Source: an uncultured virus (IMG/VR IMGVR_UViG_3300030060_006470) (Duplodnaviria > Heunggongvirae > Uroviricota > Caudoviricetes). Taken from it: a stretch of 20,000 bases of DNA. A program made the position numbers and the translations under genes. This document shows positions 15,424-20,000 of this stretch, one piece after another. Numbering within the stretch: the stretch's first letter is position 1; each line of letters starts with the position of its first letter. The DNA is taken from IMG/VR virus record IMGVR_UViG_3300030060_006470; one strand, written 5' to 3'. The notes below the pieces were generated by a model. The model saw only the letters and a list, made by a program, of their open reading frames with translations, had not been told where the DNA came from and made no database searches.

Positions 15424-16910
15424 ATGGAAGTAAGCATAAAACAAATTATAAGGGAAGCCTTGCAATCTGAACAAGAAAGAATAGACAAAAAAATACTTGC
15501 TAAGCAAAAGATTGTTGATAAGCTTGGTGTTTCCGATGAAATTTCTGACTGGGCTTTTGAGTTAAATCCTAAACTAGCTTTTTGGGTTGTAAAAACACTT
15601 AAAGAAAAGCATAAGCAAGGTCTGGCCGTAACGATAAAGAAAGTTTAGATGAATACTACCAAACACTAACCAATGGTTATCAAGATTTCTTTGATTTGTT
15701 AAAAGAAACAAATAGGCCAGCTATTCAGCCAAAACAAAATAGTTACGATTCGGCTATAGATTTGGTTAACAAATACAGTCATATTAGACAATGGGTAGAA
15801 AACCCAGATTCAGACTACGTTGATTTAAAACGTTTTACATGGGACGAAGCACTTGCAACTGCGGAAAGGTGGCATGAGGGTCTTGTTGTAACTAAAGTTT
15901 ATGATATAAATAAAAAATCAGAAATAATTCCAGGTAGTAAAGCTATGGGTAATGGTTTTTATTGGGCGTTAACTAAAGATAGCGTTAGTAGGGATTCTGC
16001 AAATGCTATGGGTCACTGTGGTACGGCAAATAAGCGTGATATGTGGCTTTTACATTTGCGTAAAGAAGAAGAGGAGTTTATTACAGCTGACTGGCACCCA
16101 ACCGATAACTTCGTGATTCAATTTAAGGGTAAAGGTAATAAGAGACCTAAAAAAGATTATCATAAATATATAGAGTGGCTTTTAAAAAATTGGGACATTA
16201 AAAAATTAAGAACTACTGAGGGATATAAACCAGAGACTAATTTTCAATTAGGTGATTTAGAACCAGAAAAAGCTATTGAGATATACTATGGTAAACCAGG
16301 AATAGTGGATGATAAAATTTTGATTGATTCTGCCCCAGTTGAAAATAAAGGTAAGCTTGTAACTAATTTATTAAAGAATGAGTCGTTTTTATTAAGTTCG
16401 ATACCAAATAAATTTTTTGATTATTTAAATATGGTTAAGGGTGCGGATGTATTTTCATTGTTAGCTGTCATATTAAAAAGCCCAAAGTTCTTTAAAGACA
16501 TGAGCATTTATGGGGGATACTTAAAGGAAACGCTTACTAGAATGCTTGATGCGGTACCAAAGAAAGATAAGTTAATTGATGCCATTATAAATGTTGATGG
16601 TATGTTAGATATTATCGGAAAAGAAGAAGTTGATTTACTTAGGCTTAACTATAGTGACCAAGATAAGTTAAATGAGATATTTGATAATTATGAAAATGGA
16701 ATTATGGCTTATGTTGATGGTAAATTAGAAATGGTTGAGGATGATTGGGATGAGGATGAATATTATGATGATGAAGAGCCTGAAGATGAAGAACTTGAGT
16801 CAGAAACCGAAGAGGATGAAAAGGAGGGTGAAGAACAGTTGCCAGAATCACATAAGCGTAAATTAAGAATAATAAAGGAGCTTAGAAATAGATTTGGCAA
16901 TCTACTATAA
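15424..16910 (+). pseudogene. Frameshifted PcfJ-like gene (74-aa and 404-aa ORFs are one gene)
   Basis: Both parts align in order to the 443-aa paralog; the second frame is open from 15615, before the first frame stops at 15646-15648. Confidence 0.75.
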
Positions 16911-17396
16911 GTTAAATAGTTGTGCATGTACAGACTTGTCGACTGGTGTAAAATATAGTCTTATTTTCATATCATGAGGTGCACCTTTTTCATCGTCACC
17001 ATCTTGTTCAAAATATGGGTATAGGTATCTACCTATTTTATATTTACTATTATCATCAAATACAATAAAGAATGGTTCTTCAGTCTTTGCTGCACCTAGT
17101 TTTTCCCATGGTATTAATTTCCCATCTCTATATTGGTAAGAATATATTCCGAATTTATGATTACCCTCATATATAAAGCCATATCTATCTGAGTTTTTAT
17201 GGTGCAATAGGTTGCCTATTCCGAATATCTTTTGGACTCCTAGTGTTTGTACTTCACATGATTTATCCATTATTACACCCACCTGGAATGGTTTTTGGGT
17301 TTTGAAAAAGACTTTAAAGAACCAAAACCCAGAAAAGTTCATATTCTTTCTGATTTTATAAAGTCCGTTATTTTTTGTGAATAATTTATGTATCAT
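16905..17396 (-). CDS. Hypothetical protein (163 aa)
   Basis: ORF starting 4 nt after the gcvH stop. Confidence 0.8.
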   Translation of the reverse strand: MIHKLFTKNNGLYKIRKNMNFSGFWFFKVFFKTQKPFQVGVIMDKSCEVQTLGVQKIFGIGNLLHHKNSDRYGFIYEGNHKFGIYSYQYRDGKLIPWEKLGAAKTEEPFFIVFDDNSKYKIGRYLYPYFEQDGDDEKGAPHDMKIRLYFTPVDKSVHAQLFNL

Positions 17397-17400
17397 AATT

Positions 17401-17778
17401 TTATTCGGTTAAGTTTTTATATTCTTCTGTTGACATTAGGTTATTTAATTCTGATGTGTCTGACATTTTTATTTTAACAATCCATCCATCACCGTAGGGG
17501 TCGTTATTGATTAGTTCTGGGTCATCTTCCAGGTTTTCATTTACCTCGAATATTGTACCTGTGACTGGTTGAAATAGGTCTGAAACGGTTTTAACTGCTT
17601 CTATTGTTCCGAATACTTCATCAGCGTCAAGTTCTTCGTCTAGGGTTTCCACTTCAACGTATACTATATCACCTAGTGCTGATTGTGCGAAGTCTGTCAC
17701 TCCAACTGTTGCTATATCGCCATTAACTTGAACCCATTCGTGTTCATTTGTGTAGTATAGATTTTCTGGTGTTTTCAT
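17401..17778 (-). CDS. gcvH: Glycine cleavage system H protein (lipoyl carrier)
   Basis: YTNEHEW, VGVTDFAQSALGDIVYVE, IEAVKTVSD (lipoyl lysine), INNDPYGDGW. Confidence 0.97.
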   Translation of the reverse strand: MKTPENLYYTNEHEWVQVNGDIATVGVTDFAQSALGDIVYVEVETLDEELDADEVFGTIEAVKTVSDLFQPVTGTIFEVNENLEDDPELINNDPYGDGWIVKIKMSDTSELNNLMSTEEYKNLTE

Positions 17779-17791
17779 GTTATATAGTTTA

Positions 17792-18022
17792 TTATTTTCT
17801 ACAGTCTTTAAGTTCCAGTTTAGGTTTTATGTCTAATAATTTCTTTATACTCTTAGTTGATAGTTGTCCATATATCTCTTTAAGGTCCAGATAGTAGTGT
17901 GTTGGTTCTTTTAGAAATCCTTCACCCTTAAGTACACCTATTCGTCTATAAGTACCTACATCACTTAATATTAGGTCGCTTAATAATTTTTCTCTTTGTG
18001 ATTCAAATATTTCTTCTTCCAT
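17792..18022 (-). CDS. Hypothetical protein (76 aa)
   Basis: First gene after the promoter at 18040-18071. Confidence 0.75.
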   Translation of the reverse strand: MEEEIFESQREKLLSDLILSDVGTYRRIGVLKGEGFLKEPTHYYLDLKEIYGQLSTKSIKKLLDIKPKLELKDCRK

Positions 18023-18039
18023 CTTAATTTATTTTTTAT

Positions 18040-18071
18040 TAAATATAAGTAAAATATTCTTAACTACCAAA
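18040..18071 (-). promoter_or_regulatory. Bacteroidota-type promoter for the gcvH operon
   Basis: Minus strand TTTG-N20-TATATTTA. Confidence 0.6.
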
Positions 18072-18085
18072 ACTAATTAGGTTAA

Positions 18086-18310
18086 TTAGAATGGTAAATC
18101 TATTTGTTTAGGTTTAACTAGATGTTTTCTTAGTTTAGTTAATGAATAGAATTTACCTCTAATATTATATCCTATACAAGCATTCTTTAGTACTTGTTTT
18201 AGTTCTTTATTTCTTTTAGAATTTATACACTTTTTACATTTAGTAAAGACATACTCTGGAGCAAAATCTAATTCATAAACATAAGTGTAAGTTACTGATA
18301 CTGAGTTCAT
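18086..18310 (-). CDS. Basic hypothetical protein (74 aa)
   Basis: Starts inside the attI-like site and reads away from the array. Confidence 0.75.
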   Translation of the reverse strand: MNSVSVTYTYVYELDFAPEYVFTKCKKCINSKRNKELKQVLKNACIGYNIRGKFYSLTKLRKHLVKPKQIDLPF

Positions 18311-18345
18311 ATTGGTTCTGTAAAGGTGTCGTTACATGGTTGTTA
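18288..18345 (-). repeat. attI-like array-end site with IHF-consensus box, copy 2
   Basis: Inverted copy of 1235-1292; minus strand TATCAG-TAAC-TTA at the same 45-nt offset. Confidence 0.6.
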
Positions 18346-18378
18346 TAAGTAATGCTACGTTTCTACTTCGTATTGAGT

Positions 18379-18765
18379 TTATTTTTGTAATTTTACAAAA
18401 TCATTAAAAAACAAAATAACTGTTTCAATTATATTTTCATCAATTAAATCATTATATGAAAACTCTTTATATTCAATATGTTCTCGATTTAATTTTATTA
18501 AACTTAAATCAGTTATTTCACCAGAATAAACATTTAATTTTTTATCATAAAAATCATAGTTATTTATAAAATTAATGTTTTTTGGGATAAAACCAATTTC
18601 TTCTAATGATTCACGCTTTAAGCAATCTAAGTTTGATTCGTTATTATTTCTTAAACCACCGATTAATCCAAATTTGTTTTTAAAATATTTATTATATTTA
18701 GGGTTTCTTTTAAATAAAACCACTTTATTATTATATAATATCAATAATAGCGATATATTTTTCAT
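18379..18765 (-). CDS. Nudix hydrolase
   Basis: Complete Nudix box G-LRNNN-E-SNLDCLK-RESLEEIGF. Confidence 0.9.
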   Translation of the reverse strand: MKNISLLLILYNNKVVLFKRNPKYNKYFKNKFGLIGGLRNNNESNLDCLKRESLEEIGFIPKNINFINNYDFYDKKLNVYSGEITDLSLIKLNREHIEYKEFSYNDLIDENIIETVILFFNDFVKLQK

Positions 18766-19412
18766 TTCTTTATTTTATATGTATTAATTACATTAATTTT
18801 ATCACCACTGAATAAAACATAATTAGTACCTTTTGCGTGTGTTTTATCACCAACTTTTAAAAACTGACCAATAGGGTAAAAAATACCATCAAATCCAATT
18901 TCTGATAGTTTTTCGGAAGTTAATTTATCAGAACCGAAAATTATGGATAAATTTTCATATAGAAATTTACCATTTGGGTAATAATCAAGTGCTTCTTCAA
19001 TAGGTTTTTTTATTATTTCTACCTTATTTTTTACTAACATTTTTTTTATAGGTAATTCATTGATATTTATTTTTTTTAAATTATTAAGTAATTTACTTTT
19101 AGTATCAATATCAAGTTTACCGTACCAATCAAAAAGAGTTAAACTGTTAGTTTTAACAACATATACAATACCATCATCACCACCTAACATGTTGGCATAA
19201 AATTTTGCCACTCCTTCATTATCTGTAAAATATAAACCATAACCAAAGGATTGATTACCTTCACCACCACCAATATTTTTCGTAGAAAATTTAATAAACT
19301 CATGACTTGAACCATGATATAATACTAAATTGTTATTAATCTCTTCGTTGAGTAATCGTTGTTCATTCAAATGTTCACGTACAGTAGTTGCTATAAATTT
19401 TCTTAGTTCCAT
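18762..19412 (-). CDS. ADP-ribosyltransferase-like (ART-PolyVal-type) protein with variant leader
   Basis: LYHGS...GEGNQSFGYGLYFTD...AKFYA...GFDGI...NYVLF; leader MELRKFIATTVREHLNE; TATTTATA at 19432-19439. Confidence 0.75.
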   Translation of the reverse strand: MELRKFIATTVREHLNEQRLLNEEINNNLVLYHGSSHEFIKFSTKNIGGGEGNQSFGYGLYFTDNEGVAKFYANMLGGDDGIVYVVKTNSLTLFDWYGKLDIDTKSKLLNNLKKININELPIKKMLVKNKVEIIKKPIEEALDYYPNGKFLYENLSIIFGSDKLTSEKLSEIGFDGIFYPIGQFLKVGDKTHAKGTNYVLFSGDKINVINTYKIKK

Positions 19413-19486
19413 AATATTAAATTGTTTATTATATAAATATTAAAATTCTACCCTAAAATACTTTTTGTTTTTTCATAATAAACGTT

Positions 19487-19551
19487 TTATAACAAGGTTT
19501 ATACTCCATATTCCGCTACGCTCCATACGTAGCATACACTAATCGTTATAT
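19487..19551. other. attC-like site S3
   Basis: TAACAA(19490)...CGTTA(19544), inner stem gtttatact/agcatacac, spacers 3 and 5 nt. Confidence 0.6.
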
Positions 19552-19590
19552 TTAATGCGGTGGTAGCGACTTTCTTTATTGCAATAGTCC

Positions 19591-19662
19591 TCATGTTAAC
19601 CAAGACCTAATTTCAATTGCGTGGCACTCGCTCAATGTTGCAATCATTGTTTTACCTATCAT
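19591..19662 (-). CDS. Possible 23-aa cassette peptide
   Basis: MIGKTMIATLSECHAIEIRSWLT in the S3-S4 cassette; may be non-coding. Confidence 0.2.
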   Translation of the reverse strand: MIGKTMIATLSECHAIEIRSWLT

Positions 19663-19687
19663 ACCAACAAGTTTTTACCGCACTAAA

Positions 19688-19742
19688 ATATAACAATATA
19701 TATAAGCCATAGAAAAAACGGCTCATATAATAACCGTTATAA
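19688..19742. other. attC-like site S4
   Basis: TAACAA(19691)...CGTTA(19735), stem tatataagcca/cggctcatata. Confidence 0.65.
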
Positions 19743-19880
19743 AACATTATCACGTAAATAATCTTTTGCTAATTTCCATGCGTGTGGAGTAATATAACAA
19801 CTAAACCCTTTAATACATACACCATTTTTCCAAATAGATGCTCTAAACTTTTCATATTTTATTTCTATTTTATCTTCCAT
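19737..19880 (-). CDS. 47-aa cassette-borne protein, not in the ORF track
   Basis: MEDKIEIKYEKFRASIWKNGVCIKGFSCYITPHAWKLAKDYLRDNVL; fills the S4-S5 interval and stops inside the site core. Confidence 0.7.
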   Translation of the reverse strand: MEDKIEIKYEKFRASIWKNGVCIKGFSCYITPHAWKLAKDYLRDNVL

Positions 19881-19892
19881 TTTTAAAACGTT

Positions 19893-19953
19893 TTATAACA
19901 ATGTATATAATTAACTCCATTTCATTCCGCAAATCATATACGGAACGTTATAA
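19893..19953. other. attC-like site S5
   Basis: TAACAA(19896)...CGTTA(19946), stem gtatataatt/aatcatatac, spacers 3 and 5 nt. Confidence 0.65.
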
Positions 19954-20000
19954 GCCATTAAGTATTTGCCATAAACTAATTAAATCGTTTTTATTTAGCT

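Noticed and set aside
15646..15648. TAG recoding (genetic code 15) as the explanation for the split gene
   Set aside because: Reading through the TAG meets TAA after six more codons, and the continuation is in another frame; long ORFs are intact under code 11
7800..16910. Leader as a Sec or lipoprotein signal peptide
   Set aside because: It is a charged amphipathic segment with no hydrophobic core or lipobox
18086..18310. Integron integrase beside the attI-like site
   Set aside because: Only 74 aa and lacks the R-H-R-Y tyrosine recombinase motifs; no integrase is visible in the window
18575..18787. Plus-strand 70-aa ORF
   Set aside because: Antisense to the Nudix gene
1..20000. tRNA, rRNA or transposase genes
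   Set aside because: No cloverleaf, rRNA or DDE/HUH signatures recognised by eye

Overview
AT-rich segment of a large, probably jumbo, phage that most likely infects a Bacteroidota host. The host call rests on TTTG-N19/20-TAnnTTWG promoters, A-rich translation starts without Shine-Dalgarno sequences and a Bacteroidota-like gcvH. There are three zones. (1) 1-7.5 kb holds small hypothetical early-type genes, most with their own host-type promoter, many with a terminator, and separated by a ~220-bp repeated intergenic element that contains a covarying inverted repeat. (2) A G/C homopolymer island at ~7.6 kb marks a sharp boundary. (3) 7.8-16.9 kb plus 18.8-19.4 kb encode unrelated effector-type domains (ParB-like, GNAT, three or four ADP-ribosyltransferase-like, PcfJ-like, ArdC-like), mostly fused to one N-terminal leader (MKxLIKKLLRExLLxE) and mostly preceded by TATTTATA, which suggests capsid-targeted, injected proteins. 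In addition, two small integron-like cassette arrays (715-1292 and 18288-20000) carry attC-like sites, self-complementary cassette ends and a shared attI-like site with an IHF-consensus box. No integrase is present in the window. All functional calls come from motif recognition by eye, not from database searches.
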